A stretch of 60,803 bases of DNA from a virus (lineage: Duplodnaviria; Caudoviricetes): positions 1-60,803 of the IMG/VR virus record IMGVR_UViG_3300020044_008671. The stretch is one strand, 5' to 3'. The translations under genes were made by a program, and so were the position numbers. Within the stretch, counting starts at the first letter, position 1; every line of letters begins with the position of its first letter. Shown here piece after piece: positions 46,232 through 56,877 of the stretch. Below the pieces are notes generated by a model. It did not search any database. It was not told where the DNA came from and saw nothing but the letters and a program-made list of their open reading frames with translations.

Positions 46232-48961
46232 ATGGCAATAACTAGAGAAGATATAAACACAAGTTTACCTGCCATTCAAAAAGCGATGGTAAATAAGGTA
46301 AGCGAATTATTGCGAACTGAACGAAAAGGAGGAAAAGATTTAGGAGACAAGCTAGCTAAAATAGAAGCAGCCTCTTGGATGACAGACTACCTAGAGAACT
46401 ATATTGTAGCAGGAACGGTTTTAACCGAAGGCGTAAGCTCGCAATCAACACTTGACTTCTCGACATTTAATGCATCTACGTTAGCTGATGGAATGTCAAT
46501 CGACGTAATAGTTAGTGGGAATAATGGGTATCTAGTCAACTTGGCTACATATATTGGCAATTATTATGGCTTTACGCTAAACCAATTTATAGACGATCTT
46601 GCTATACAGATAGAGTTGCAGTCTACATGGTCTGCAGCAAGGGTTGGTAGCACGTTGGTAATTAATGCCCCTGATTCAATAGGCGCAATTCCTAATGGGA
46701 GTTCGGCGCAAATAATATTTGCCGATTATTATGCCGTTGTAAAAGATAAAAACGTAGGAGCCACAGCATCTGCGCTAAATCAAATAGCTGTTGCCCCAAT
46801 TACAAGGACAGTCTATGCCACAAACCCTAGTTCAAATGCCATTGCATATAATACTGTTGCAGATACTATAGCTAATCCTGCTATTTCTGCGAGTAGCCAG
46901 GATGTCGTTTTTCTTCCTATAGAAGGACACAGAGGATATTCAAGAGCATCACTCGGTACTCAGCCTGCCAACTATACATGGGGATGCGATGTTAGATTGT
47001 CGGATGGTCTATTATTTTATACAACTGGTTTTTTCCTACAAGTTGTTGATAGTACTAATACAATTATTGATACTGTTACTTTAACAGCAGGATCTACGCC
47101 TTCTTATTATTATGCTGTTGTTAATCAGTCGACAGGCAAGATATATGTTTTTAATGATAACATAGCATATAAGGAGATAACATGGACTGGTCCAGGGTTG
47201 GCAGTTGTTGGTCCTGCGATATCGTTGCCTATTCCATTTGTAGGGGAATTAGGAAATGCCTGTTATTCTCCATTTAATCAGTCAGTATATATCGTTTTCT
47301 TTGGAAATATTGTACGGATAAATAGTGCAGGAGTCTTTGTAAATAGCGTTGTACTACTAAACACAGTATCTCGTCATTGGATTGGCGTTAATCCATATAA
47401 TGGAAATATTTATGCTAAACAAATAGATGCAGGAGCAAGTGTATATACTTACAGCCCAACGTTATCATTATTGTCTACACAAACAATTTCCTCTTCTGTT
47501 GGGCAAATGGGTATTGATGTCGGAACTAGCGACTCAACGCTTAGAATGTACGCTACTGGACCATCGGGTGGTAATATTTTTGAATACGACTCCTCTTTCA
47601 ACCAAATTAATCAATTTAACTTTTACATTGGCAACACGCCATCAATTACCTCATGCTATTTTAGTAAGCAAACAAGACATTTGATATTAGTAGGCAGAAA
47701 TGCAGACCCAGCTAATGGTTATGATGTTTTAACATATAGTATTGCTGAACAAAAATTGCTGATGAGGTATCCGATGCCATCGCCAAACATAGATAATTTT
47801 ATAAATCAATTTTTTGAAGATGCCACTAATAACATTTGGCTTCAAGAAGGACTTAATGGTTTTATACGTAAATTAATATACAGAGACTATTCTTCTTATA
47901 CACAAGGGCAATTATGGATTCAAGCATACGGAACGTTAGTCAAGATATATTACATTAATGGCACTTCTTTAGTAGAATCCGATTTTTACATTAACAATAA
48001 CGAATATGGCCTTGATCGCATAAGAGCGCACTCTGATAACAGCGTGTCTATATACGCAGAGACCAATCCTACATTTTTATTTCCTTATTTTATCCATGTA
48101 GACGCTACAAATTTAGTAGGCTTTCCTTTTATAGATAGTAATGAGTTAGGAGGGTTTAAAACAGAGGTTTCCCCAAGCGCAATAGGGTTGTATAAAATAG
48201 ATTCTATTGTATATAAGCCATACGGACAACTATACATGATAGGGTCAGCCTACCCTGTTGCTTCGGGAGTGGCAGAAATGCACATATTTTCTATCACAGG
48301 AGGTTGGCAGGGCAGAATCAACAATGGTTTTATATCTTATAAGGCGATAGCATATAATGAAATAGATGGATTAATATATGCCATTGATGCAGCAGGAAGA
48401 CTAAAAAGCTATGATGGATCTGCACTTCCATTATCTAACATACAACTTCCCTTTACGCCAGCAATAGCAGGAGGAGTTGAGATGATATACGATAGCTACT
48501 ACGACAAGTTAGTAGTATTGAATGGAATAGGTGGAGATATTTTTATCATTAACCCTTATACTGGAGATGTGTATGAGCCTATTGGAACGCCTATATCAGG
48601 ATATTCTTTTCGTGGAATAGAAACCGATAACCAAGGCCGTATTTACGTTAATGTATTTAACACAATTGCTGCCGTAGGAAGGATATTATCTATATCATTT
48701 ATTAATGGAGGTCAAATACAGATAAATGGAATATTTGCAGGAGGAGAGACTATGATAGTATGGCAAGAAAGCCAAAACTGCCTTAGCCAAGAAGAGGTAG
48801 AGGGTATGTATGAGGAAATAAAATCATGGCTTGGCGTATCTCTTTGTGGAGATCAAGATTTTAGTATGCCCGACTCCCCATATAGTTTACAAAACAGACT
48901 TTTAACAGCATCAACAGGATTGTTTATCACAACGGCACTAGGACAATATATAGCAACATGA
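46232..48961 (+). CDS. Tail-associated protein with beta-propeller repeats
   Basis: Recurring blades (VVNQSTGKIYV, CYSPFNQSVYI, GVNPYNGNIYA, AYNEIDGLIYA, IYDSYYDKLVV, ETDNQGRIYV) between helical N- and C-termini. Confidence 0.7.
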   Translation: MAITREDINTSLPAIQKAMVNKVSELLRTERKGGKDLGDKLAKIEAASWMTDYLENYIVAGTVLTEGVSSQSTLDFSTFNASTLADGMSIDVIVSGNNGYLVNLATYIGNYYGFTLNQFIDDLAIQIELQSTWSAARVGSTLVINAPDSIGAIPNGSSAQIIFADYYAVVKDKNVGATASALNQIAVAPITRTVYATNPSSNAIAYNTVADTIANPAISASSQDVVFLPIEGHRGYSRASLGTQPANYTWGCDVRLSDGLLFYTTGFFLQVVDSTNTIIDTVTLTAGSTPSYYYAVVNQSTGKIYVFNDNIAYKEITWTGPGLAVVGPAISLPIPFVGELGNACYSPFNQSVYIVFFGNIVRINSAGVFVNSVVLLNTVSRHWIGVNPYNGNIYAKQIDAGASVYTYSPTLSLLSTQTISSSVGQMGIDVGTSDSTLRMYATGPSGGNIFEYDSSFNQINQFNFYIGNTPSITSCYFSKQTRHLILVGRNADPANGYDVLTYSIAEQKLLMRYPMPSPNIDNFINQFFEDATNNIWLQEGLNGFIRKLIYRDYSSYTQGQLWIQAYGTLVKIYYINGTSLVESDFYINNNEYGLDRIRAHSDNSVSIYAETNPTFLFPYFIHVDATNLVGFPFIDSNELGGFKTEVSPSAIGLYKIDSIVYKPYGQLYMIGSAYPVASGVAEMHIFSITGGWQGRINNGFISYKAIAYNEIDGLIYAIDAAGRLKSYDGSALPLSNIQLPFTPAIAGGVEMIYDSYYDKLVVLNGIGGDIFIINPYTGDVYEPIGTPISGYSFRGIETDNQGRIYVNVFNTIAAVGRILSISFINGGQIQINGIFAGGETMIVWQESQNCLSQEEVEGMYEEIKSWLGVSLCGDQDFSMPDSPYSLQNRLLTASTGLFITTALGQYIAT

Positions 48962-50931
48962 GTACTACAATAACACTTCCTCAACTTAACGCACCTTCAG
49001 TTCCGGTTATTGGATCGGATATAATACATGGCTTTCGCCAAAGTGCGCCAGTAGGAGAGCAGGACGTACAAATATTAGTGCAAGCTATTTACGATCAGAT
49101 ATTAGCTACCGTAGCAGCACAAAATCAAGGATTGATAAATACGGTCAATGCATTAACAGCAATGCAGGGGCAGTTTGTAGAAGATACAGAAAAGGGAGTT
49201 ACAGTAGCGACATTGGAAGGAGGAAAGATTCCTTTAAGCCAAATGCCAATATCAGGACTTACCCCAAAAGGAAATTGGAACGCAGCAACAAATACTCCTG
49301 CGCTTTCAGATGCGACAGGATCTTCGGGATGGTGGTACAAGTCTACGACAGCTAATGCATCGATAAATTTAGGCTCCGGAACGTTAAATGTTGGAGTAGG
49401 TGCATGGCTTATTCATAATGGGACAAAATGGGAGGTTAACTCAGATGGGCTAACGGTAACAATTAATGGCGTGTCGGGAACGGTATTTAGCTTAACAACA
49501 GCAAACATACCTGACTCATCAGGCAAAAGATACATTCCAACAGAAGATATTTTAGCAGCATTATTAAATACAACAGGCATCCCTGCTTCCGGTAATCCAT
49601 TTGTATTAAACAATGATCCTAGGCTATTGACAACCCAAGGCGTTGTTATAAATAATGAATTTTTCTCTCCTCGCCAATACGAAAAAAACGGCGTTCGGGC
49701 AGACGATGGCACAGTAAAGATGCTATCCGCTTTAGGGTGGACCAATGTGTCGGCTGCTGCTGCATGGCCAAGAACCAATACCTTGTGGGCAGCAACAGGA
49801 GGCATCGATGTAAATACGGCAGCTTATGCAGATGTTGTATTACAAGAAACGTTTTTAGCCATGGAGTATGAGGGGTACAAGACTGTTCACTTTCCTGATA
49901 ATGCATGTTATGATTTAATGCTACCTTTTGGAATGTTAGTAATCCCAACAAGAGATAGAACTAGAAGCGACACAAAAAATACCTTTATCTTAACTTTTGA
50001 ATTTAATGGGGCTGCATTTAGAAATCGATCTGGCGCAGCTAAAACTATATTTCATAGAGCGCCAACAAGCAGTTCAGAGGCGGATCAAAACACTGGCAAT
50101 GGTCCGTACATTGAAACGGCAATAAATATGTCCAACTTCGCTTTATATGGGGCAGCACTTGCAGCAGGCAGTGGAGATAAAGGCATCTTTTTAGGAAGTA
50201 CATATAATTCCGTTATTGAAAAAGGCTTTGTTGCAGACTTTGATATTGGTATTCATCATACACAAGCTCTACTATCTAAAGTTTCAAATGTAAAAGCTAG
50301 ATTTTGTAGAACAAATGCTTTTTTAGCAGACACAGCAACATGGACAGGTGCTTCGATAGGTAATTCAGTAAGTCAAATGACATATAATGATTGCAGAGCA
50401 TACGCTTATTTGGGATCAACTCCATTTAAGAGTAGAGGTGGAGATAGTACTCGCTTTGACCATTGTTTTATTGAAGGAGACAACCCATTGGTAGGAATTG
50501 ACATAGATTCTCGCCAAGCTACCGTAACTAGACAACATAGAATAAATGACACTCGTTTTGAAACTGAATGTACACAAGCAGGAATAAGAATGAGAGGTCA
50601 AACCAACATTTTTATGGTAGATGGGATATACAATGCAGCTAAAAGCGGAACGGCATGGACTAAAACATTGTTTGAATTTGTTAATACGGTTGGCGTTAAT
50701 ACTTTCGATATACGAAACATTCAAAATTATAGCGGAGCCAACTGGAAAATGAATTATATCATGGAGGACTTAGCAGCTAACGGAGCTATATTGGACTTCA
50801 AAAACGTATATTTGCAAGGTAATCCTGTTACGGCAGCAGACGTTGTAAATACAGTAGGTTTTCCAAATATATGGAAGGCAGGATCTCAAATACCATTAGT
50901 GGGTAGAGTAACGCAAAATTGTAAATATTAA
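48958..50931 (+). CDS. Tailspike/fibre with a pectin-lyase-like beta-helix
   Basis: GVTVATLEGGKIPLSQMP...KGNWNAATNTPAL fibre module; C-terminal beta-helix-like repeats. Confidence 0.75.
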   Translation: MSTTITLPQLNAPSVPVIGSDIIHGFRQSAPVGEQDVQILVQAIYDQILATVAAQNQGLINTVNALTAMQGQFVEDTEKGVTVATLEGGKIPLSQMPISGLTPKGNWNAATNTPALSDATGSSGWWYKSTTANASINLGSGTLNVGVGAWLIHNGTKWEVNSDGLTVTINGVSGTVFSLTTANIPDSSGKRYIPTEDILAALLNTTGIPASGNPFVLNNDPRLLTTQGVVINNEFFSPRQYEKNGVRADDGTVKMLSALGWTNVSAAAAWPRTNTLWAATGGIDVNTAAYADVVLQETFLAMEYEGYKTVHFPDNACYDLMLPFGMLVIPTRDRTRSDTKNTFILTFEFNGAAFRNRSGAAKTIFHRAPTSSSEADQNTGNGPYIETAINMSNFALYGAALAAGSGDKGIFLGSTYNSVIEKGFVADFDIGIHHTQALLSKVSNVKARFCRTNAFLADTATWTGASIGNSVSQMTYNDCRAYAYLGSTPFKSRGGDSTRFDHCFIEGDNPLVGIDIDSRQATVTRQHRINDTRFETECTQAGIRMRGQTNIFMVDGIYNAAKSGTAWTKTLFEFVNTVGVNTFDIRNIQNYSGANWKMNYIMEDLAANGAILDFKNVYLQGNPVTAADVVNTVGFPNIWKAGSQIPLVGRVTQNCKY

Positions 50932-50937
50932 ACAGCT

Positions 50938-52395
50938 ATGGCAGTAGATATCAATAAGTTAAATACGGCAAGGACGAGGACCGACAGAAATTTTGATAAG
51001 TCAAAGCTACTTACTGGAGTAGAGCTTATTGAGATTTTTCAGGACATAGAAAAAGTTGCTAATGATGGCGGAGGTGGTGGTGGTGGTTCTCAAACACTAG
51101 CACAAACTTTAGTTTTAGGGAATGAGACAGACGGCACAAACATAAAAGTAAATAATGCTGATGCGATTGAGCTAGAGAATACATCTTTGCTTAAAAAGGG
51201 TACTTATAACTTTGGTGCTACTGGTGGCATTTCTCGTATTTGCTCAAACAATTACGAGGACAATTGGCAAGATGGATTTAGGCACGTATTTGACCAAAGT
51301 GGATTCATAAGAAACTCAACTAATTGCTTTGATATTGTTCCAAATTATAGCTTTGATGAAACACTACGATTTAAGGTTGGTTCATTTTGGACGCTAGATA
51401 ATGGTACAACATATATATGTAGAGACGCAACAATTGGTGCAGCAGTTTGGGAGATTTATTCACTATACGAAGAACTTACTCTTGCTGATTATAAGGCTAA
51501 AGCTCAGGATGGAGACTTAGTAAAAGGCAAATTATATGCGATTACCAATATTATATTTACAGCTGGTTTCAGTTGGACGTTATTAGTCCAAGCAAGTAAC
51601 TTAAACGGGCTTTATATTACTTCAGGAAGATTAGTATCTAATGATTTTGGTGATAATATTCCCTATGCAAGTTGGGAAGTGTCGTATAACTTTAATTTAG
51701 AAGCGTTTACTTCGTTTTATAATCAATCATTAGATATACGATGTACTTCCTATACGATGTTTAATATATTGTTTGCTAGCAGTACTGTTTTTGCAGCATT
51801 TATTGCGAATAAAATTATAAGTTGTGACTTTAGTAATTATACAGGCACTTTAATATTTGATGGTTATGGACTTACTACATTACGTAATTGTGATTTTAGT
51901 AATTCTTCTGCTGATTTTAGTACAGATATACTAAATGTAGTATCAGGAGCAACATTTAGCGGTAGAATATTACACGACTTTGAAGTGCCTAACCAAACAT
52001 TGTACCCTTGTGACTTTACAAATACCATTCATATTAATGCGGATGGTACTAATAATATGATGGCTACAATTACATTAACAAATAGTCAATTTAGATTAGA
52101 TTTTACAGGGTTTGAAAGTGCTTCTATTATTTTATTAGTCCCCGATGTAGGAGGTAATACTATTGATTCAATAATTAATTCAGTAATTGGTAGAGAATAT
52201 ACTATTATAAGTAATGATACAACAGGTAGCTTAAATATAGGGACGGGACTTAATGTTTTAATTGCAGATAGCATTAATCTTTTTTATATGGGATTAATAT
52301 CTTGGGGTGCTGCTAATTCAGTTTTTAATAAAGTTTATTTTACTTATGATGGAATAAACGCTCTTATAAACAATAAAACATCAACATACTCATAA
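50938..52395 (+). CDS. Fibre-like protein
   Basis: GGGGGGSQTLAQTLVLGN, FKVGSFW...YICRDATIGAAVW and DGDLVKGKLYAIT modules typical of phage fibres. Confidence 0.7.
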   Translation: MAVDINKLNTARTRTDRNFDKSKLLTGVELIEIFQDIEKVANDGGGGGGGSQTLAQTLVLGNETDGTNIKVNNADAIELENTSLLKKGTYNFGATGGISRICSNNYEDNWQDGFRHVFDQSGFIRNSTNCFDIVPNYSFDETLRFKVGSFWTLDNGTTYICRDATIGAAVWEIYSLYEELTLADYKAKAQDGDLVKGKLYAITNIIFTAGFSWTLLVQASNLNGLYITSGRLVSNDFGDNIPYASWEVSYNFNLEAFTSFYNQSLDIRCTSYTMFNILFASSTVFAAFIANKIISCDFSNYTGTLIFDGYGLTTLRNCDFSNSSADFSTDILNVVSGATFSGRILHDFEVPNQTLYPCDFTNTIHINADGTNNMMATITLTNSQFRLDFTGFESASIILLVPDVGGNTIDSIINSVIGREYTIISNDTTGSLNIGTGLNVLIADSINLFYMGLISWGAANSVFNKVYFTYDGINALINNKTSTYS

Positions 52396-52400
52396 AAACT

Positions 52401-52685
52401 ATGGACTTCAAAACTTACACAACGCCAAACGGTTCAACAATCCTTTGTGATATGACAAATGATTTTGCATATATACTAACAGATTTAGCACCGCAAATTA
52501 GTGAGTCTAACGGCATCAAAGTAATTGCTGAAAAGCCATCTCAACTAGTTGGAATATTAGACAACTACACAATGCTTGAGGATGGTCTAGGTGCAGTTAC
52601 GGCTTCTATATTGCAAAATATTCAGATTAGTACTGACCAAACAAGTGCTGCATTAGCTACATACCTGTTACAATTCCAAGTATAA
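52401..52685 (+). CDS. Hypothetical protein (possible fibre accessory)
   Basis: 94-aa ORF coupled to neighbours. Confidence 0.6.
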   Translation: MDFKTYTTPNGSTILCDMTNDFAYILTDLAPQISESNGIKVIAEKPSQLVGILDNYTMLEDGLGAVTASILQNIQISTDQTSAALATYLLQFQV

Positions 52686-53992
52686 TGAGATTCATACTTC
52701 TATTATTACTGACTATTAGCTTAAATGTAAATGCTCAGACTACGTTATCGGGTAGGATTTCTACCTGTGATAGTTTGCCATTGTTGAAGCCAACAGGATT
52801 TTCAAACTCTGACTTTATGTATGTAAAGAAAGATTCAACTACTTGGATGTGGAGACTGAAATGGATTGAAGCACCTATCAGACTGAACGCTAAGGATGGT
52901 AAGGATGGTCAGCAAGGTGTTCAAGGAATACAAGGTGTTCAAGGGGTTGCGGGTGTTTGTCCTTCATGTCCTCCTTCGAGTGGAGGTATGATGAAAGGCT
53001 ATGTAAGTACTTGGGCAGAGTTTGTTGCAGCATACAATGACAAGACAATACGCTCCATTACTTTAATGGCAAACATTACACAGACTAGTAAGCTATACTT
53101 AGATAAAAACTATTCAGAGATTTACGAGATTAACGGCAACGGATATACTTGGACTACATCTATTGATACTGCTATCGTAAGACGATATGCTTCGTTAACT
53201 GAGGCTAATCAAGGGATAGATATGCAACTACGAATGACTAACATATTATTCAAAGGAAATAATAATATGCTTTTGTACCTTGAAGCTAACTATGGTGCTA
53301 AGTTTGAGGGGTGCAGATTCTACAACTTTGGTACTGCTCTTGGTTTGTTTTGGGCTATGGGTACAGAAATTAATGAGTGCTACTTTTGGGAGAATAACAT
53401 CGGCATAGAACTAGACTACGCTAGATTTGTTGGAGGCTCTAACTCTGCAAGTCAATCGAACCATTGCATCATCACTAACTGCAAGTTCAGAAATTCAGCA
53501 GGAGACTTTGCCAACATCAAGGCTACTGCCGTAAGTGGTTTACAAATACTCCATAACATCTTTGAAGGTACACAGGCTGGAGGGGATTATGATATTTTCT
53601 TTGATGACAATAACTCCAACGTGGTTAAGGAAGTTTTGATCTATGGAAACCACGTAGAACATCAACCTCGAATAGCATCAACTTACATCAAGCTAAAGGA
53701 AGGAATAGCAGTTGTGGGAGGTGTGTATTCTCAGTATGATTGTACTCTTGTTAAATTTGAATCATCGGCTTATGCTAAGATGATAGTTGAAAACATACCA
53801 TACCTCACACCATTGACTAAGTTTGAGAATGTACGAGCTGAGGGCAGATGGCAGTTTATCAATTTACCATCATCATTCACTCCATCATCAACAGATAGAT
53901 GGATAGGCACAATGCCAATAAACAGTAGATTTGACTTATGGGATAGCAATGGACAACAACCATATATACAATTAGGTAATAGAAAGTTATGA
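52685..53992 (+). CDS. Signal-peptide-bearing collagen-repeat/beta-helix protein
   Basis: Sec-like leader MRFILLLLLTISLNVNA-Q; G-X-Y run GKDGQQGVQGIQGVQGVAG; beta-helix repeats. Confidence 0.75.
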   Translation: MRFILLLLLTISLNVNAQTTLSGRISTCDSLPLLKPTGFSNSDFMYVKKDSTTWMWRLKWIEAPIRLNAKDGKDGQQGVQGIQGVQGVAGVCPSCPPSSGGMMKGYVSTWAEFVAAYNDKTIRSITLMANITQTSKLYLDKNYSEIYEINGNGYTWTTSIDTAIVRRYASLTEANQGIDMQLRMTNILFKGNNNMLLYLEANYGAKFEGCRFYNFGTALGLFWAMGTEINECYFWENNIGIELDYARFVGGSNSASQSNHCIITNCKFRNSAGDFANIKATAVSGLQILHNIFEGTQAGGDYDIFFDDNNSNVVKEVLIYGNHVEHQPRIASTYIKLKEGIAVVGGVYSQYDCTLVKFESSAYAKMIVENIPYLTPLTKFENVRAEGRWQFINLPSSFTPSSTDRWIGTMPINSRFDLWDSNGQQPYIQLGNRKL

Positions 53993-54225
53993 CAAAGATT
54001 GACATTGAAGCAAAATCTGATAGAGAGTTATTAATATTGATGAATCATCAGTTAACTTATCATTCTGAAAAACACGATGAATTGAAAAACACTTTAAAGT
54101 CAGTACAAGAAGATGTACATAAACTGCAACAGGATTTGTATGCAAGAAAAGGAATTTCAAAAGCGTGGGCTTTGATAGTAAGTTTATTTTCATTGATAGG
54201 AGTAGTACTAGCTTACAACAAATGA
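53989..54225 (+). CDS. Holin/antiholin-like membrane protein
   Basis: Coiled coil plus one C-terminal TM segment (AWALIVSLFSLIGVVLAY), just before the endolysin. Confidence 0.55.
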   Translation: MTKIDIEAKSDRELLILMNHQLTYHSEKHDELKNTLKSVQEDVHKLQQDLYARKGISKAWALIVSLFSLIGVVLAYNK

Positions 54226-54659
54226 GAAAGCACCTAGAAGTAGCATTGTTACAATTAGGAGTTGAAGAAGCTCCACGAGGCTCTAATTGGGGTAATGACA
54301 TCGCTAAGTACTTACATAGTGTTGGCATTGACTTTCCAGCCTCTTGGTGTATGGCTTATGTCTATTGGTGTATGCAAGAAGCCTATGCAGAAGGTAATCC
54401 ATTGTTTCGCACTGGTGGAGTATTAAACCAATGGAATAAGACACCACTAGCAGCACGAAGTAAGACACCTGAAGTGGGTGATGTATTTATCATGGACTTT
54501 GGTAAAGGGCTAGGTCATACTGGCTTTGTCTATGAGATAATAGGTGAACACATCATGACCATTGAGGGCAATAGCAACGATGAAGGATCTAGGGAAGGGT
54601 ATGAGGTCTGCATCCGTTCACGTAAGATATCAACATGTAAAGGATTTATAAAAGTATAA
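54222..54659 (+). CDS. Endolysin, CHAP domain (start revised to 54222)
   Basis: SWCMAYVYWC, GHTGFV and TIEGN catalytic motifs; ATGA overlap with the upstream gene. Confidence 0.9.
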   Translation: MRKHLEVALLQLGVEEAPRGSNWGNDIAKYLHSVGIDFPASWCMAYVYWCMQEAYAEGNPLFRTGGVLNQWNKTPLAARSKTPEVGDVFIMDFGKGLGHTGFVYEIIGEHIMTIEGNSNDEGSREGYEVCIRSRKISTCKGFIKV

Positions 54660-54661
54660 AA

Positions 54662-54892
54662 ATGGCTAAACTACAAATCGGTTGGAGCGAGTATATGAAA
54701 CCTACTCCCAACAACGTTAAACTAATCTTCGATAGTGCTGCTATTAGCTTAGTGGCATTGACTACTACCTTTGCTGAATCTATCGTATCAGTTAAGTTGA
54801 TGATGGTAGGTGTGGGTATTATGCAGATGGTAAGCAGATATATTGGATCAAAGGAAGTTGTTGAAACTCCAACAGAAGAAAACCATGATTAG
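54662..54892 (+). CDS. Probable holin
   Basis: Two hydrophobic segments and a KPTP motif; between endolysin and spanin. Confidence 0.65.
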   Translation: MAKLQIGWSEYMKPTPNNVKLIFDSAAISLVALTTTFAESIVSVKLMMVGVGIMQMVSRYIGSKEVVETPTEENHD

Positions 54893-55409
54893 TAGGAATC
54901 AAATTGATAGGCTTTTTGTAGCCGGATTATTAATCTTGATGCTTTTATTCTTTTTGACTTCTTGTTGCCCAAAGATTACAGAGTCAATCACGACAAAGGT
55001 TGATACATTATACGTTTATAAAACTGACACAGTAATAGTACATGAGGTTGATACCTTTAGAACAGAGTTTAATGTGGATAGCCTGCTTGATATTTTAAAT
55101 GGTCCAATACCGGCTAATCAAACATTATCTACAAATACACATAAAGGAGTTACAACAAAACTATCAGTAAAGAATGGCAAGTTAGTTTGTGAATCCACAA
55201 TAGATAGTCTGCAACACGTCATTGATAGCGTGCGTTCATCAGTAATAACAGTTACCAATGATGTTGTAAAGGTTAAGGAGATCAAAAAGCCTGATACATG
55301 GTTTGAGAAACTACAAAAATGGTTTTTTTGGGTAGTCATTGCGTTATTTGTAGGTTATATAGTAGCCAAAACACAAACCTACTGGACAAGGTTTATACCT
55401 ATTAGGTAG
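54885..55409 (+). CDS. Unimolecular spanin (start revised to 54885)
   Basis: N-terminal lipoprotein signal LLILMLLFFLTS-C and C-terminal TM segment WFFWVVIALFVGYIVA. Confidence 0.75.
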   Translation: MISRNQIDRLFVAGLLILMLLFFLTSCCPKITESITTKVDTLYVYKTDTVIVHEVDTFRTEFNVDSLLDILNGPIPANQTLSTNTHKGVTTKLSVKNGKLVCESTIDSLQHVIDSVRSSVITVTNDVVKVKEIKKPDTWFEKLQKWFFWVVIALFVGYIVAKTQTYWTRFIPIR

Positions 55410-55420
55410 TATTTTTCATC

Positions 55421-55684
55421 ATGAAGCCTCATACCAAACTCTATTTAGAGTCTTTCGGGTACACAACGGAAGACTTTATTGCTTGTGAGGTATGCGGAAT
55501 GAAGGCAGTAGACATACATCATATTGAAAGTCGAGGAATGGGAGGCACAAAACAAGCAGATACTATCGAAAATTTAATGGCTGTTTGTAGGCCATGCCAT
55601 GTAAAGTACGGCGACAAGAAGCAATACTTGGATTTTTTGAAGGATTTACATAACAAATCAATGAATTACGGAGGCGTCAAATAA
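55421..55684 (+). CDS. HNH endonuclease
   Basis: CEVCG...DIHH...ENLMAVCRPCH. Confidence 0.85.
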   Translation: MKPHTKLYLESFGYTTEDFIACEVCGMKAVDIHHIESRGMGGTKQADTIENLMAVCRPCHVKYGDKKQYLDFLKDLHNKSMNYGGVK

Positions 55685-55721
55685 TAGTTATTAACAATGC
55701 TCCAAAGTAATGTAAATAGTC

Positions 55722-55729
55722 TATATTTG
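55722..55729 (+). promoter_or_regulatory. -7 promoter element TATATTTG for the recombination module
   Basis: TAnnTTTGC 9 nt before the ATG at 55739. Confidence 0.65.
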
Positions 55730-55738
55730 CATCACGAA

Positions 55739-56623
55739 ATGGATTCACCACCTATTACACAATCTTTAATTAAGGCACTCAGCGACTACGCATTTGACAG
55801 AGAGTGCGGAAAACGCATTGAGGCTCAATACTTAGAAGGCATTGAATTTTCTCCAAGCGATGCTATGCTTGTCGGCATCTATTTTGAGTATAGCGCCTTT
55901 GGGACATTCCCTAAGAATGGTAAACGCCCTATACCTAAGACAACGAAAAGCAAGAAAGGGCAGTCGGATAAGCAAGGCACATTAACTAAACCCTATGAGA
56001 TAGCGGTAGCCCAAGCAGAGAAGATAAAGGCAGGACTTAAACACCATGGCCTTAAAATAATCGGCAAAGGGGAAAAGTTACGGCATGTAATGGACGATGG
56101 AACCGTTGTAGAGGGAACTACCGATTTGCGATTAGAGACTACTAAGCCTTTAGTCATATATAATCATGAAACAGGACATGTAGCAAAAACAATTCCTGCA
56201 GGAGTAATGATTATAGGAGATGCTAAAAGTACTGGCTTGTTAGGGGATAGAGGCAAATGGTCCGAGATGGGTTGGCACATTGACTTTGTAGATCAGAAGC
56301 CAAGGCTATTAATACAAGCAGTCCATTATACTTATCTAGCAAGAAAGATTTATGGATTAGACGAAGTTCCTTTTATATTCTTTGTCTACTCGCAGTCGAA
56401 TGATATCTCGGCGATGATGCTACACGTCACTATTGATCCCGAGAGATACCCAATACATGAAGAAACAATAGTAACAACAAGAAGGTTACTAGAATTAGAA
56501 ATAAGACTAGGCTCCGATGGTTTTAGGGCAAAGCCCGAATTGGAGCGATGTGGAAGTTGCGACTTATTTGCTCATTGTAAAGATCGAATGGAATACCCTA
56601 AAATATTTAACATAAATTACTAA
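55739..56623 (+). CDS. PD-(D/E)XK exonuclease, RecE/Cas4-like (start revised to 55739)
   Basis: EGTTDL...GDAKST...QAVHY motifs; C-terminal CGSCDLFAHC. Confidence 0.75.
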   Translation: MDSPPITQSLIKALSDYAFDRECGKRIEAQYLEGIEFSPSDAMLVGIYFEYSAFGTFPKNGKRPIPKTTKSKKGQSDKQGTLTKPYEIAVAQAEKIKAGLKHHGLKIIGKGEKLRHVMDDGTVVEGTTDLRLETTKPLVIYNHETGHVAKTIPAGVMIIGDAKSTGLLGDRGKWSEMGWHIDFVDQKPRLLIQAVHYTYLARKIYGLDEVPFIFFVYSQSNDISAMMLHVTIDPERYPIHEETIVTTRRLLELEIRLGSDGFRAKPELERCGSCDLFAHCKDRMEYPKIFNINY

Positions 56624-56877
56624 TGGAATTTGAATTAAAAGACTGGAAGCCTAAAATGGCTAAGGTTTATGCTGCCAAATTTAAAAACAAAGATTGCGAA
56701 GTCTGTAATAAAAAAAAGAGAATTATGGACATTCAGTTCATGAAAGAACTAAAAAACTATCAAGAAAGATTCTCTTCTCAAAATTTAATTTTATTGTGCA
56801 AAAAATGCACGTTACAATTTCATGGAAAGGATTTGTATATAGGGATGCTTAAATTAAAACACCAACAAACAATATGA
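56623..56877 (+). CDS. Small Zn-binding, degenerate HNH-like protein
   Basis: CEVC...NLILLCKKC. Confidence 0.55.
   Translation: MEFELKDWKPKMAKVYAAKFKNKDCEVCNKKKRIMDIQFMKELKNYQERFSSQNLILLCKKCTLQFHGKDLYIGMLKLKHQQTI

Noticed and set aside
10903-47684. Other same-strand alternate-frame ORFs (10903, 15251, 19661, 25055, 27570, 43379, 47427)
   Set aside because: They overlap apparently folded, conserved parts of the main protein, mostly lack a convincing ATG context, and read as unstructured by-products
55739-56623. CRISPR-associated Cas4
   Set aside because: No cas genes or array; the context (annealing protein, SSB, SMC-like ATPase) fits a phage recombination exonuclease
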